DNA of 64,000 bases from Cyanobacteriota bacterium (lineage in GTDB: Bacteria; Cyanobacteriota; Cyanobacteriia; PCC-6307; Cyanobiaceae): positions 46,377 through 110,376 of the forward strand of contig JBJOMY010000006.1 of assembly GCA_046052125.1 (NCBI GenBank). The letters are read 5' to 3'. This document shows, one piece after another, positions 33,163 through 42,882 of the stretch. The notes under the pieces are model-generated. The model searched no databases. It was given only the letters and a program-made list of their open reading frames with translations, and was not told the DNA's origin. The translations under genes and the position numbers were made by a program. Numbering within the stretch: the first letter of the stretch is position 1; each line of letters starts with the position of its first letter.

Positions 33163-33528
33163 TTAGCCGAGGTATTCCTTGCGAAGGCTCTGAACTTTGG
33201 TGATCACGGCGGTGCGCTTGTCGCTGGTGGTGAGGTTCTGCCAGCTCCACTGACCGACCACCACAAGACCCAGCAGCTCGAGCAGACCAGGCACCACCGG
33301 CAGCAGGTTGATGGTGTCGATCACGCCCTTAATCAGCACCTGGGCAACGATCACCACCACCAGAACGCCAACGCCCTTGCCGATGCGGCCCATCTGGCTC
33401 CAATCGACCTTGTCGAGCGTTTCGTTCACCTTGCTGAGCACCTCGCTGTAGCGCTCGCTGAAGCTCACGCCGGCCTCTTCAGCCGCAGTGCTGGTCTGAT
33501 CCTGGGGATCAGAGGTCTCGACGGTCAT
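33163..33528 (-). CDS. CAAD-domain (CurT-like) thylakoid membrane protein
   Basis: Two TM segments, INLLPVVPGLLELLG...W...R pattern. Confidence 0.8.
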   Translation of the reverse strand: MTVETSDPQDQTSTAAEEAGVSFSERYSEVLSKVNETLDKVDWSQMGRIGKGVGVLVVVIVAQVLIKGVIDTINLLPVVPGLLELLGLVVVGQWSWQNLTTSDKRTAVITKVQSLRKEYLG

Positions 33529-33569
33529 CAGAGGGAACGTGAATTATTGATTCGCCATAAGGTATCTGG

Positions 33570-34067
33570 GTGACTGCACCAACGCCAGCGCGCCTGCAGC
33601 TCGATGGGCATTGCCTGATCGTTCTGGAGCGCACGCTGCTGGCGGCGGCACCGGATGAAGGTTGCGCCCTGCTGATGGGGAGGCGCCAGGGTTCGAGCCT
33701 GTTGTTGCGGGCCATCTGGCCCTGCCGCAACAGCTGGCAGCCGGCTGAAGAACGGCCCCAGCGCTTTCGCCTCGACCCGCGCGAACAGCTGTTGGCGCAG
33801 CGCTGGGGCCGCAGCCGCGGGCTGCTGGTGATTGGCGCGGCCCACAGCCACCCGAGCAGCGAAGCCGTGCCATCCACCACCGACCGGCAGCTCTGCGTCG
33901 GCCCCACCTTGATGCTGATCCGCAGCGGCCTTCACCACGGCCTGCCCGCCCTGCGCGCCTGGTGGATTCCCGACAGCGCGGGGGATGAGGAACCGTCTGC
34001 CCGCCCCGCTGAACTGCCGATCGAACTGCTGCCCGAGGCGCCGCGGACCGAGCGTTTGGGAGAGTAG
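33570..34067 (+). CDS. JAB/MPN+ (M67, Mec-like) metalloprotease
   Basis: PDEGCALL, RFRLDP, AHSHPSSEAVPSTTD (HxHx7Sx2D). Confidence 0.9.
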   Translation: MTAPTPARLQLDGHCLIVLERTLLAAAPDEGCALLMGRRQGSSLLLRAIWPCRNSWQPAEERPQRFRLDPREQLLAQRWGRSRGLLVIGAAHSHPSSEAVPSTTDRQLCVGPTLMLIRSGLHHGLPALRAWWIPDSAGDEEPSARPAELPIELLPEAPRTERLGE

Positions 34068-34094
34068 GGGGCTGGACAGCATTTCGCTCGCCCC

Positions 34095-35267
34095 ATGCTT
34101 CCCCCCGACACCACCGGCATCGCGCTCAGCCCCGATGAGGTGGCCCGCTTTGCGCGCCACCTGATCCTGCCGGAGGTGGGCATGGAGGGGCAGAAGCGCC
34201 TCAAGGCCTCCTCGGTGCTGTGCGTGGGCACCGGCGGCCTTGGCTCACCGCTGCTGCTCTATCTGGCGGCCGCCGGCGTAGGCCGCATCGGCATCGTGGA
34301 TTTCGATGTGGTGGATCACTCCAACCTGCAGCGGCAGGTGATCCACGGCACCAGCTGGGTGGGCAAGCCGAAGATCGAATCGGCCAAGGCGCGCATCCTC
34401 GAGATCAACCCCCACTGCCAGGTGGATCTCTACGAAACGGCGCTCACCAGCGAGAACGCCCTGGAGATCGTCCGCCCCTACGACATCGTCTGCGACGGCA
34501 CCGACAACTTCCCCACCCGCTACCTGGTGAACGACGCCTGCGTGCTGCTGGGCAAGCCCAACGTGTACGGCTCGATCTTCCGGTTTGAGGGCCAGGCCAC
34601 GGTGTTCAACCTCGACGCCGAAAGCCCCAACTACCGCGACCTGTTCCCCGAGCCACCGCCGCCGGGCATGGTTCCTTCCTGCGCCGAAGGCGGCGTGGTG
34701 GGCGTGCTGCCCGGAATCATCGGCGTAATCCAGGCCACCGAAGCCGTGAAGATCATCACCGGCATCGGCACCACCCTCAGCGGCCGCCTGCTGCTGTTTG
34801 ATGCCCTGGGCATGAAGTTCCGCGAGCTCAAACTGCGGCCCAACCCCGAGCGCCCGGTGATCGACAAACTGATCGACTACCAGGAGTTCTGTGGCGTGGG
34901 GGGCACAGCCCCCGGGCAGGAAGAAGCCGGCGCCGTGGAGAGCATCAGCGTGAGCGAGCTGAAGACCCTGCTCGATGGCGACACCTCCGGGATGGTGCTG
35001 ATCGACGTACGCAATCCGCCCGAAGCGGAGATCGCCGTGATCCCTGGCGCTGAGCTGATCCCCCTCGATCAGATCGAGAACGGCACCGCTGTGGAGCGGA
35101 TCAAGCAACTTGCCGCCGGCAAAACGCTCTATGCCCACTGCAAACTGGGCGGCCGCAGCGCCAAGGCCCTGATCGCCCTGAAACGCCACGGCATCGAGGG
35201 CATCAACGTGGCCGGCGGCATCGACGCCTGGAGCCAGGACGTGGATCCGAGCGTGCCGCGCTACTGA
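34095..35267 (+). CDS. moeB: MoeB/MoeZ-like E1 adenylyltransferase fused to rhodanese
   Basis: GTGGLGS, DVVDHSNLQRQ, DGTDNFPTRY, PSCAEGGV; C-terminal rhodanese DVRN...HCKLGGRS. Confidence 0.93.
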   Translation: MLPPDTTGIALSPDEVARFARHLILPEVGMEGQKRLKASSVLCVGTGGLGSPLLLYLAAAGVGRIGIVDFDVVDHSNLQRQVIHGTSWVGKPKIESAKARILEINPHCQVDLYETALTSENALEIVRPYDIVCDGTDNFPTRYLVNDACVLLGKPNVYGSIFRFEGQATVFNLDAESPNYRDLFPEPPPPGMVPSCAEGGVVGVLPGIIGVIQATEAVKIITGIGTTLSGRLLLFDALGMKFRELKLRPNPERPVIDKLIDYQEFCGVGGTAPGQEEAGAVESISVSELKTLLDGDTSGMVLIDVRNPPEAEIAVIPGAELIPLDQIENGTAVERIKQLAAGKTLYAHCKLGGRSAKALIALKRHGIEGINVAGGIDAWSQDVDPSVPRY

Positions 35268-35290
35268 GCGCGATCGATCAAGCCGCATGC

Positions 35291-35315
35291 GCCCGGGCTC
35301 AGACCCGGGCTTTTT
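35291..35315 (+). terminator. Intrinsic terminator after moeB
   Basis: gcccggg-ctcaga-cccgggc-ttttt. Confidence 0.8.
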
Positions 35316-35324
35316 GCTGGCAGC

Positions 35325-36530
35325 TCAGTAATCCACACCGCGCTTGAGATCCACGCCGCGCTCGGCGTAGTGCTTGTGGCACACCATCTCTGAGTGCACC
35401 GAAGCCAGATCGAAGTAGGCGGGTGGGTTCTTGCAGCGGCCCGTGAGGATCACCTCGGTTTCGGAGGGCTTGCGCAGCAGGGTCTGCACGATCGGCTCCA
35501 CCGGCAGCAGCTCGAGATCCACGGTGGGGTTGATCTCATCGAGGATCACCGTTTTGTAGAGGCCGCTGGAGATGGCGGCGCGGGCGATCTCCCAGGCCCG
35601 CTCGGCTTCCACGTAATCGATCGGCTGCTGCTGGCCGCGCCACACGATCGCGTCGCGGCCGGAGCGCAGGTGATCCACCAGGTGGGGATAGCTCTCGCGC
35701 AGGGCAGCGATCGCCGCATCTTCGGTGTAACCGCTGCCGCCCTTGAGCCACTGCAGGATCAACACCCGATGGCTCTTGTCTTGGGAGATGCCGCGGCCGA
35801 TGGCCTGGAGAGCCTTGCCTAGGGCGCTGGTGGATTTGCCCTTGCCCTCTCCGGTGTACACCTCGATGCCATCCAGGCCGGCCGCGGGCAGCTCATCGAG
35901 GCCGGGATCCAGCTCCGACACAGCATCGCGGCGGCGGTGAGCACGCATCTCCGAGTGGAGATCGGCGATCTGAACCAGGGAGCGGGGCGCACCACGGCCG
36001 GTCACGATCACCTCCATGCCAGCGGGCTTGGCCGCCAGGGTGCGCACCACCTCCTCGGTATCAAGCAGCCCCAGATCCAGCACCGGATTGAGCTCATCGA
36101 GCACCACCACCGAATAGAGCTCGCTGGCGATGGCGCCTTTGGCGATCGTCCAACCGCGCTGGGCCTCCTGGATGTCGACGCGGGTGACCTCGTTTGCGCC
36201 GAAAAACTCGCCACGGCCAGTGCGCACCTGATCGATCAGGTGGGGGAAGCCTTGTTGCAGCGCCTCGATGGCGGCGTCTTCGTCGTAGGAGCGGCCGGGG
36301 CCCTTGAGGAAACGCAGCAACAGCACCCGGGTCTGCTTCTGCTCGCAGATGCCCAAACCGATGGTGCGCAGCACCACCCCGAGGGCTGCCTGGCTCTTGC
36401 CCTTGCCGTCGCCGTCATACACATGCAGCTGGCCGTGGCTGCGCTCGCTGCTGCCGGCTGCTGTGCGAATGCCGATGCCCCGGCCCGTGCCGCGGCTGGT
36501 TGTGGTGGCGGAGGTTGCCTGCGGGGCCAT
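35325..36530 (-). CDS. cobO: Cob(I)yrinic acid a,c-diamide adenosyltransferase, internally duplicated
   Basis: Two repeats: YDGDGKGKSQAALG...LDELN...TGR and YTGEGKGKSTSALG...LDEIN...TGR; ends GVDY. Confidence 0.92.
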   Translation of the reverse strand: MAPQATSATTTSRGTGRGIGIRTAAGSSERSHGQLHVYDGDGKGKSQAALGVVLRTIGLGICEQKQTRVLLLRFLKGPGRSYDEDAAIEALQQGFPHLIDQVRTGRGEFFGANEVTRVDIQEAQRGWTIAKGAIASELYSVVVLDELNPVLDLGLLDTEEVVRTLAAKPAGMEVIVTGRGAPRSLVQIADLHSEMRAHRRRDAVSELDPGLDELPAAGLDGIEVYTGEGKGKSTSALGKALQAIGRGISQDKSHRVLILQWLKGGSGYTEDAAIAALRESYPHLVDHLRSGRDAIVWRGQQQPIDYVEAERAWEIARAAISSGLYKTVILDEINPTVDLELLPVEPIVQTLLRKPSETEVILTGRCKNPPAYFDLASVHSEMVCHKHYAERGVDLKRGVDY

Positions 36531-36600
36531 GGCCAAGCCACTTACCGTCGGACTCTAACGACGGCTTCCGGAAGGCCATCGACCGCGGTTTGCAGCGCTG

Positions 36601-37485
36601 ATGCCGGCACAGTCCAGCCTCCAACCCAGCGGCCTCCATCCCACGGTGGAGACCTTGGAGCCGGCCCTGCAGGCCGCCCTCACGGAGTTGCGCCGCTCCA
36701 TCGCCGCACACCCTGCGGTGCTGGTGGCGTACTCCGGCGGCGTGGACAGCGCCCTGGTGGCGGCCATCGCCGCCGAGCAATTGGGGGAGCAGGCCATTGC
36801 CGTGACGGGCGTGTCGCCAGCGCTCGCCCCACACCTGCGCGAGGAAGCCCGGCAGCAAGCCGCCTGGATGGGCATCCGCCAACGCGAACTTCCCACCGCC
36901 GAACTCAACGACCCCGCCTACAGCAGCAATCCCAGCGATCGCTGCTACGCCTGCAAACGGGAACTCCACAGCCTGCTCGCCCAGCTCTTAGAGGAGAGCG
37001 ACACGGCCGCTGCCGTGGTGCTCGATGGCGTGAACCACGACGATCTCGGCGATCACCGCCCTGGTATCCGCGCCGCTCAAGAGCGCGGCGTTCGTTCGCC
37101 TTTGGCGGATCTCGGCATCAGCAAAGCCGGCGTGCGCGGCATCTCCCGGGCCCTGGGCTTCCCCTGGTGGGATAAGCCTGCCCAGCCCTGCCTGGCCTCC
37201 CGCTTTCCCTACGGCGAAGCGATCAGCGCGGAGCGGCTCCAACGCGTGGCCAGCGGCGAAGCCTGGTTGCGGCAGCAGGGGTTTCGTGAGCTGCGGGTGC
37301 GCAGCCAGGGGGAATCGGCGCGCATTGAGCTGCCCCCCGATCAACTCACAGCCCTACTGGAGCCTGCGCTGCGAGAAGCCCTCGTAGCGGCCTTCCTGGA
37401 TCTGGGCTTCACGGCGGTGAGCCTTGATCTAGAGGGGCTGGTGAGCGGCAAGCTCAACCGCGGGCTTCAGCGGCCAGACGCGTAA
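36601..37485 (+). CDS. larE: LarE-family ATP-dependent sulfur transferase
   Basis: PP-loop AYSGGVDS, RCYACK, DGVNHDDLGDHRPG, PCLASRFPYG; start may be GTG at 36646. Confidence 0.88.
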   Translation: MPAQSSLQPSGLHPTVETLEPALQAALTELRRSIAAHPAVLVAYSGGVDSALVAAIAAEQLGEQAIAVTGVSPALAPHLREEARQQAAWMGIRQRELPTAELNDPAYSSNPSDRCYACKRELHSLLAQLLEESDTAAAVVLDGVNHDDLGDHRPGIRAAQERGVRSPLADLGISKAGVRGISRALGFPWWDKPAQPCLASRFPYGEAISAERLQRVASGEAWLRQQGFRELRVRSQGESARIELPPDQLTALLEPALREALVAAFLDLGFTAVSLDLEGLVSGKLNRGLQRPDA

Positions 37486-37513
37486 AAAAGCCCTCTCCTA
37501 GGCGGGAGAGGGC
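37484..37513 (-). terminator. Terminator after speD
   Basis: gccctctcc...ggagagggc stem with A6 on the + strand (U-tract on minus). Confidence 0.75.
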
Positions 37514-37537
37514 GAAGGGATCAGAACCCGAGGCCGA

Positions 37538-38014
37538 TCAAGCGGCGGTGAGGGCGGGTTCGCGCTCAGCACCTGCCACCGACCCGGGGGTCTCGCGGCG
37601 GAAGCTCTTGAGCTTGTAGTTGCCGGCGTCGAGCTCCTCGCTGAGCACGATGCAGGCCCGCTCCGGCATGGTGTGGTCACCACAGGTGAACACATCCACA
37701 GCAGCGTAGCCCGATTCGGGCCAGGTGTGGATCGAGATATGGGATTCGGCCAATAGAGCCAGCCCCGTCACACCCTGGGGGTCGAACCGGTGGGTGATCA
37801 GATTCAGGAGAGTGGCGCCAGCACGCTTCGCAGCGGTGGTGATGGCGTTCCTGAGGAAAGCCTCGTCGTCGAGCTTGGCGGAATCGCAGTTGTACAGCTC
37901 GAGAATGCAGTGTTTACCCACCATCTCGGTGGCACTGGGTGCTTGGGGGCTCGCGGAGAACGTCTCAGCTCCGGTCCATCCCGGGTTGGGGTGGAGGCAG
38001 GCCGCTTGGGTCAT
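37538..38014 (-). CDS. speD: S-adenosylmethionine decarboxylase proenzyme
   Basis: [28 protein letters not shown] (pyruvoyl cleavage site), DVFTCG. Confidence 0.93.
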   Translation of the reverse strand: MTQAACLHPNPGWTGAETFSASPQAPSATEMVGKHCILELYNCDSAKLDDEAFLRNAITTAAKRAGATLLNLITHRFDPQGVTGLALLAESHISIHTWPESGYAAVDVFTCGDHTMPERACIVLSEELDAGNYKLKSFRRETPGSVAGAEREPALTAA

Positions 38015-38041
38015 CAGATCCCGGCAAAACAGCCGTTCACC

Positions 38042-39151
38042 TTACTGGCCAGTCAGCAGGCGCCCTGCCTCAACGGTCACCACCTGCGAGCGCTCGTGCC
38101 AGCCGCCACTGAACGCCCCCAGGTGGGTGGCACTCACCAGGCACTGGTGGCCCTCGCCCACGGCCTCCAGCAACAGCTGCTGACGGCCGGGATCCAGTTC
38201 AGCGAGCACGTCATCGAGCAGCAGCAGCGGCGGCTCTCCCCAGAGCTGGCGCACCAGCTCAAGCTCCGCCAACTTCAACGCGAGCACGAGGGTGCGCTGC
38301 TGGCCGGCGGATCCGTAGCGCCGCGCCGGCTGACCGCCCAGCTCGAGGGCCACCTCATCGCGGTGGGGGCCCACGCTGCACTGCCCCAGCCGCAGTTCCT
38401 CCGGGCGCTGCAGCCACAACTGCTCCAGCAGGGCATCACGCCAGGGCCCCTCGGCCTCCTCGCCCTCAAGCACGCTGCCGGGCTGGTAGCGCAATTGCAG
38501 CTGCTCCCTGCCCCCACTGAGCCGCTCCTGCCACACGGCCGCCAGGGGCTCCAGGCGGCCGAGCGCGCGAAGCCGGCGCCGATGCAAGCGGGTGCCGATC
38601 AACGCCATCTGCTGATCAAAGGCCTCCAGCAGGCCATCGAGCTGGCCTTGGCCCAGGCCGCGCCGCAGGAGCTGGGAGCGCTGGCGGAGCAGCCGCCCAT
38701 AGCGGCTCAACAACTCGGCGTACACCGGCTCCAGCTGGAGCACCACCCGATCCAGCCACTGGCGCCGCAGCGCCGGCTCCCCGCGCACCAATTCGAGATC
38801 CAGGGCGCTGAAGCCCACGCAGCGCAGGGGGCCGATCAGCTCGTGCTGCCGCTCGAGCAGCTTGCCGTTGCGGCGGGCCAAGCGTCCGCCCTGGCGCCGC
38901 AACTCCAACTCCAAACGATCACCACCAGCGCTGTCAGCAGCCATCCAGCTCTGGCGCTCACCCCGGCGGATCAGATCCCGATCGGCGCTGCAGCGATGGG
39001 AGCGCAGGCTGCCGAGCAGCTCCACCGCCTCGAGCAGGTTGGATTTGCCCTCCCCGTTGCGGCCGATCACCAGCAGCCGCGGGGCCTCCAGCTCGAGGGT
39101 CAGCGCCTCGATATTGCGGAACTGGCGCAGCTCCAGGCGATGCAGCCGAAT
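38042..39151 (-). CDS. recF: DNA replication/repair protein RecF (inferred ATT start)
   Basis: [14 protein letters not shown]..., [37 protein letters not shown]; start position is inferred. Confidence 0.93.
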   Translation of the reverse strand: MRLHRLELRQFRNIEALTLELEAPRLLVIGRNGEGKSNLLEAVELLGSLRSHRCSADRDLIRRGERQSWMAADSAGGDRLELELRRQGGRLARRNGKLLERQHELIGPLRCVGFSALDLELVRGEPALRRQWLDRVVLQLEPVYAELLSRYGRLLRQRSQLLRRGLGQGQLDGLLEAFDQQMALIGTRLHRRRLRALGRLEPLAAVWQERLSGGREQLQLRYQPGSVLEGEEAEGPWRDALLEQLWLQRPEELRLGQCSVGPHRDEVALELGGQPARRYGSAGQQRTLVLALKLAELELVRQLWGEPPLLLLDDVLAELDPGRQQLLLEAVGEGHQCLVSATHLGAFSGGWHERSQVVTVEAGRLLTGQ

Positions 39152-39206
39152 GGGTCTGGGGCGCTCTGACGGCTAAGGTAAGGCCCGTGAGGGGCTGCTC
39201 CCGTGA

Positions 39207-39280
39207 GGGCATGTAGCTCAGTTGGATAGAGCATCAGATTCCGGTTCTGAGTGTCGGGGGTTCGAGTCCCTCCATGCTCG
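39207..39280 (+). tRNA. tRNA-Arg(CCG)
   Basis: GGGCATG-TAGCTCAGTTGGATAGAGC...TCAGA-TT-CCG-GT-TCTGA...GGTTCGAGTCC...CATGCTCG. Confidence 0.97.
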
Positions 39281-39309
39281 TGGCTCAGGAAGCGGCACAC
39301 CCTCGTGAG

Positions 39310-39334
39310 AGCCCTGCTTCGGCGGGGCTTTTTT
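39310..39334 (+). terminator. Terminator after tRNA-Arg
   Basis: agccctgc-ttcg-gcggggct-ttttt (UUCG loop). Confidence 0.8.
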
Positions 39335-39379
39335 GTGCGCCGGCGTCGTATCGCATCGCGATCGCTGGCGGAGGCTGGT

Positions 39380-39850
39380 TCAGAGGCTGAGGCCCATGGC
39401 CCGGATCCCGCCTGGATCCACCACAAAGCCATGGCGCTTGAGCGCTTCCTGAGCCATCGGCGTCGCCGCCACCGAGATGCTGCAGCCGCTCAACTCCCGC
39501 TTCAACCGGTGAAGCGTGGTGTACACCAGCACGATCATCAACTGCTCCTGCTGGGGGTCGGCAGGGTGAGCCGTGAGGTCCCAGAGATTGGCATTCAGGG
39601 CCAGGTCGCTGGTGACGCGCACAAATCCCACCAGCGCACCAGCGGGATTGCGAACACTGAGCTGCCAGGCGCTGCGCTGCAGGGCCGCCTCGATCCGCTC
39701 AAGCGGCCGCGCGGGATCACCGCAGGCCACCAACAGCGCATCAAGCTCCTGGGCAGAAGGCCATTGCTCGCTCGAGAGGCTGTAGCCGGCCGGCAGGGGT
39801 GGCGGCTGGGGCTGGGAGCGGAAGGGGATCAGCAGGGAATCCAGCACCAC
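39380..39850 (-). CDS. GNAT-family acetyltransferase-like protein (Ycf52-like)
   Basis: LVGFVRVTSDLALNANLWDL...P; GFVVDPGGIRAM. Confidence 0.75.
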   Translation of the reverse strand: MVLDSLLIPFRSQPQPPPLPAGYSLSSEQWPSAQELDALLVACGDPARPLERIEAALQRSAWQLSVRNPAGALVGFVRVTSDLALNANLWDLTAHPADPQQEQLMIVLVYTTLHRLKRELSGCSISVAATPMAQEALKRHGFVVDPGGIRAMGLSL

Positions 39851-39858
39851 GAGCCCCC

Positions 39859-42800
39859 TCAGCCCGTGTTGCGCATGCCGGCGGCGATGCCATTGATGGT
39901 GAGCAGCGCTCCCCGCAGCAGTTCGCTGCGGCTGTAGGTGCGTCCATCGTCGCTAGCGGCCGCCTCGCTCATGGGGGGCTGGCGGTTCTGATCACGCAAG
40001 CGCCGCAGCAGCGCCACCTGCAGGTAGCCGAGGGGAATGATCGTGCGGTTGCGCAACTCCACCGAGAGCTGCAGACCAGGATCTCCATCGAGCAAGCGCT
40101 GGTGACCCGTGATCGCCAGCACTAGATCGCGGGTGAGCACAAATTCCTTGGCGATCACCGCAAAGATCGCTTCAAACGCATCCCGCAACTCCGGACGCCC
40201 CAGCGAGCGCACGTAGTGGTGGGCCAGATCGAGGTCCACCTTGGAGAGGGTCATCTCCACCTTGGAGATGAGCATGCGGAAGAAGGGCCAGCGCTGATAG
40301 AGCTGCTGGAACAGCTCCAGCTGAGCCGGATCGGCATCGAGCTCCTCCTGCAGGGCTGCGCCCACACCGAACCAGCTGGGGAGCAGGAAGCGGCTCTGGG
40401 TCCAGCCGAACACCCAGGGGATAGCGCGGAGGCTGGAGAGGTCTTTAGCCCCACTCTTACGGCGGGCGGGGCGGCTGGAGATCTGCAGCTTGCTGATCTC
40501 CTCGATCGGGGTGCACTGCTGGAAGAAGGCCACCAGATCGGGGTTGTCGTGCACCAGAGCGCGGTAGTGGCTGCGCGATGAGGCCGCCAAGCGCGCCATC
40601 AGCTCGTTCCAGCTGGGGGTGTCATCCACGTGGCTGGTGATCAGGCTGTTCTGAATCACAGCAGTGGACACCGTTTCCAGGTTGAACAGCGCCAGCTCGG
40701 GCAGGGAGTATTTGGAGGCCAGCACCTCGCCCTGCTCGGTGATCTTGATGCGGCCGTTGAGGGTGCCACTGGGCTGAGCCAGGATCGCCTGATAGGCCGG
40801 GCCGCCACCGCGACCCACCGAGCCGCCGCGGCCGTGGAAGATGCGCAGGGCCACGCCATGGCGGGTGGCGAGCTGCTGCAGGGCGATCTGGGCCTGGTGG
40901 ATCTCCCAGTTGCTCGAGAGGAAGCCGGAATCCTTATTGCTGTCGGAGTAGCCGAGCATCAGCTCCTGCAGGGGCTTACCCGTGGGGCTGGTGCTGGCGA
41001 TCAGCTGGCGATAGAAGGGCTCGCTGAACAGGCGCTCCATCACCGCCGGCGCGGCCTTGAGGTCTTCCACCGTTTCAAACAGCGGCACCACCAACAGGTT
41101 GGAGCGCTGGGCCATCGGATCCACCAGGCCGGCCTCCTTCGCCAGCACCAGCACCTCCAACAGATCAGACACCGTGTGACTCATCGAGATCACATAGGTG
41201 CGGCAGATGCGGCTGCCGAACTCCTGCTGAAGGCGGTGCACCACCCGCAGCACATCAAACGTTTCGGCCGTGGGAGCACTCCACTCCACTGAAGCCGGGA
41301 TCAGGGGCCGGCGGGTTTGCAGTTCGGTGAACAGCCACTCCACCTTCTGCGCCTCATCCATCTCGGCGTAGGGGATGGGCAGCTGGAGATAGCGACTCAG
41401 TTCATCGAGGGCATCGCTGTGGCGCGTGCTCTCCTGGCGGATGTCGAGGCTGGCCAGACAGAAGGCGAAGGTGTGCACCTGGGCGATCAGGTTGTCCAGG
41501 GGCTCACAGCTCAGGCCTGTGCCCTGGAGGCTGTCGTTGATCAGCTCCAGATCGTTGCGGAACTCGGTGACCGTGGCGTAGTGCAGATCAGGGGCCGGAG
41601 CCGCCACCAGTGATCCCTGGCCGAAGGCCGGCAGGGCCGGGCGCGTTTCACCTGGGGATTCCCAGCCGGCACTAGCCAGCTGCTGATTGCGCTGATGAGT
41701 GAGCTTGAGGCGCTCCAGCACGTAGCTGAGCTTGAGGCGGTAAGGCTCCAGGCGGTAGCGGGCCGCGCGCTCCTCGTAGATCTCCGGGAAGCGCAGCCGA
41801 TCCATCTCCAGCGACTCGAGCAACGGCGCGCTCACCTGGCTCCACTGCATCGAGATGCTGAGCTGATCGCGCAGATCAGCTACCGCCGCCAGATAGCGCT
41901 CAAGCATCAGCTGGCGCTGATAGCAAGCGGTACGCCAGGTGATGTCTGGTGTGACCGAGGGGTTGCCATCACGATCGGAGCCCACCCAGGAGCCGAAGGT
42001 GCAGAAGGCGTCGCTCGGTGGCGCCACATCCGGATAGCTGGCCGTGAGGGCGTTGCGGATGCGTTGGCGCAGCTGCGGCATCGCGCCGAAGAGCACCTGC
42101 TGGAAATAGTGGAGGGCGTAATCCACCTCATCCAGCACCGAAGGCTTGAACTGGTGCAGTTCATCGGTGCGCCACCACAGGCGGATCTCCTCCTCCAGCT
42201 GCAGCCTCAGGTTCTGGTGGTCGTTGAGATTGGAGGGCTGACTCTGCTGCAGCTGCTGGATCAGGGCCGCCACCCGCCGCTGCTTGTGGCGCACGGTGTG
42301 GCGAACGATCTCGGTGGGATGCGCCGTGAACACCAAGCGGATATCGAGCTCCTGCAGCAGCTGCTCGATCTGAGCGGGTGGCACCCCCAGGGAGCGAAGG
42401 CGGGTAAACAGCTCGCGGAACGTGGCCGGCTCGGTCTGGCTGGCGAGGGGCGGGACGAAGGGATCGTTGAGATCCTGGGGGTGGTGGGCCTGGAGGCTGG
42501 CGAGATAACTGTCTTCCTCGATGTGCTGCTCGAGGATGTTCACCAGCTGGAAATAGAGCGAGAAGGCCCTTGCAGCGGCGATCGCTTCCGCGAGATCCAT
42601 CTCCCGGATCAGCTGCACGATCTCGGCAGTGGCCTGGGCCGAGGCGGCATCGGCGGCCGCACCATCCACGGTGCGGCTGAGATCCTTCAACCGCAGCAAC
42701 CGCTCGGCCTGGTGCGGCGGGCATTCACTGCGCAGCACCGTCTGCCAGAGGTCTTCCACCAGCTCCAGCCGTTCATCCAGCAGGCGGGTGACCCGGGGCT

Positions 42801-42882
42801 CAGCCGCAACAGCAGAGGCGTCGTTGGCGGCGAGGGTGAGCCCCATGGAACGTGGCGAGGCGGACGTGCGGTCCATGATCAT
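39859..42882 (-). CDS. ppc: Phosphoenolpyruvate carboxylase
   Basis: [53 protein letters not shown]. Confidence 0.98.
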   Translation of the reverse strand: MIMDRTSASPRSMGLTLAANDASAVAAEPRVTRLLDERLELVEDLWQTVLRSECPPHQAERLLRLKDLSRTVDGAAADAASAQATAEIVQLIREMDLAEAIAAARAFSLYFQLVNILEQHIEEDSYLASLQAHHPQDLNDPFVPPLASQTEPATFRELFTRLRSLGVPPAQIEQLLQELDIRLVFTAHPTEIVRHTVRHKQRRVAALIQQLQQSQPSNLNDHQNLRLQLEEEIRLWWRTDELHQFKPSVLDEVDYALHYFQQVLFGAMPQLRQRIRNALTASYPDVAPPSDAFCTFGSWVGSDRDGNPSVTPDITWRTACYQRQLMLERYLAAVADLRDQLSISMQWSQVSAPLLESLEMDRLRFPEIYEERAARYRLEPYRLKLSYVLERLKLTHQRNQQLASAGWESPGETRPALPAFGQGSLVAAPAPDLHYATVTEFRNDLELINDSLQGTGLSCEPLDNLIAQVHTFAFCLASLDIRQESTRHSDALDELSRYLQLPIPYAEMDEAQKVEWLFTELQTRRPLIPASVEWSAPTAETFDVLRVVHRLQQEFGSRICRTYVISMSHTVSDLLEVLVLAKEAGLVDPMAQRSNLLVVPLFETVEDLKAAPAVMERLFSEPFYRQLIASTSPTGKPLQELMLGYSDSNKDSGFLSSNWEIHQAQIALQQLATRHGVALRIFHGRGGSVGRGGGPAYQAILAQPSGTLNGRIKITEQGEVLASKYSLPELALFNLETVSTAVIQNSLITSHVDDTPSWNELMARLAASSRSHYRALVHDNPDLVAFFQQCTPIEEISKLQISSRPARRKSGAKDLSSLRAIPWVFGWTQSRFLLPSWFGVGAALQEELDADPAQLELFQQLYQRWPFFRMLISKVEMTLSKVDLDLAHHYVRSLGRPELRDAFEAIFAVIAKEFVLTRDLVLAITGHQRLLDGDPGLQLSVELRNRTIIPLGYLQVALLRRLRDQNRQPPMSEAAASDDGRTYSRSELLRGALLTINGIAAGMRNTG

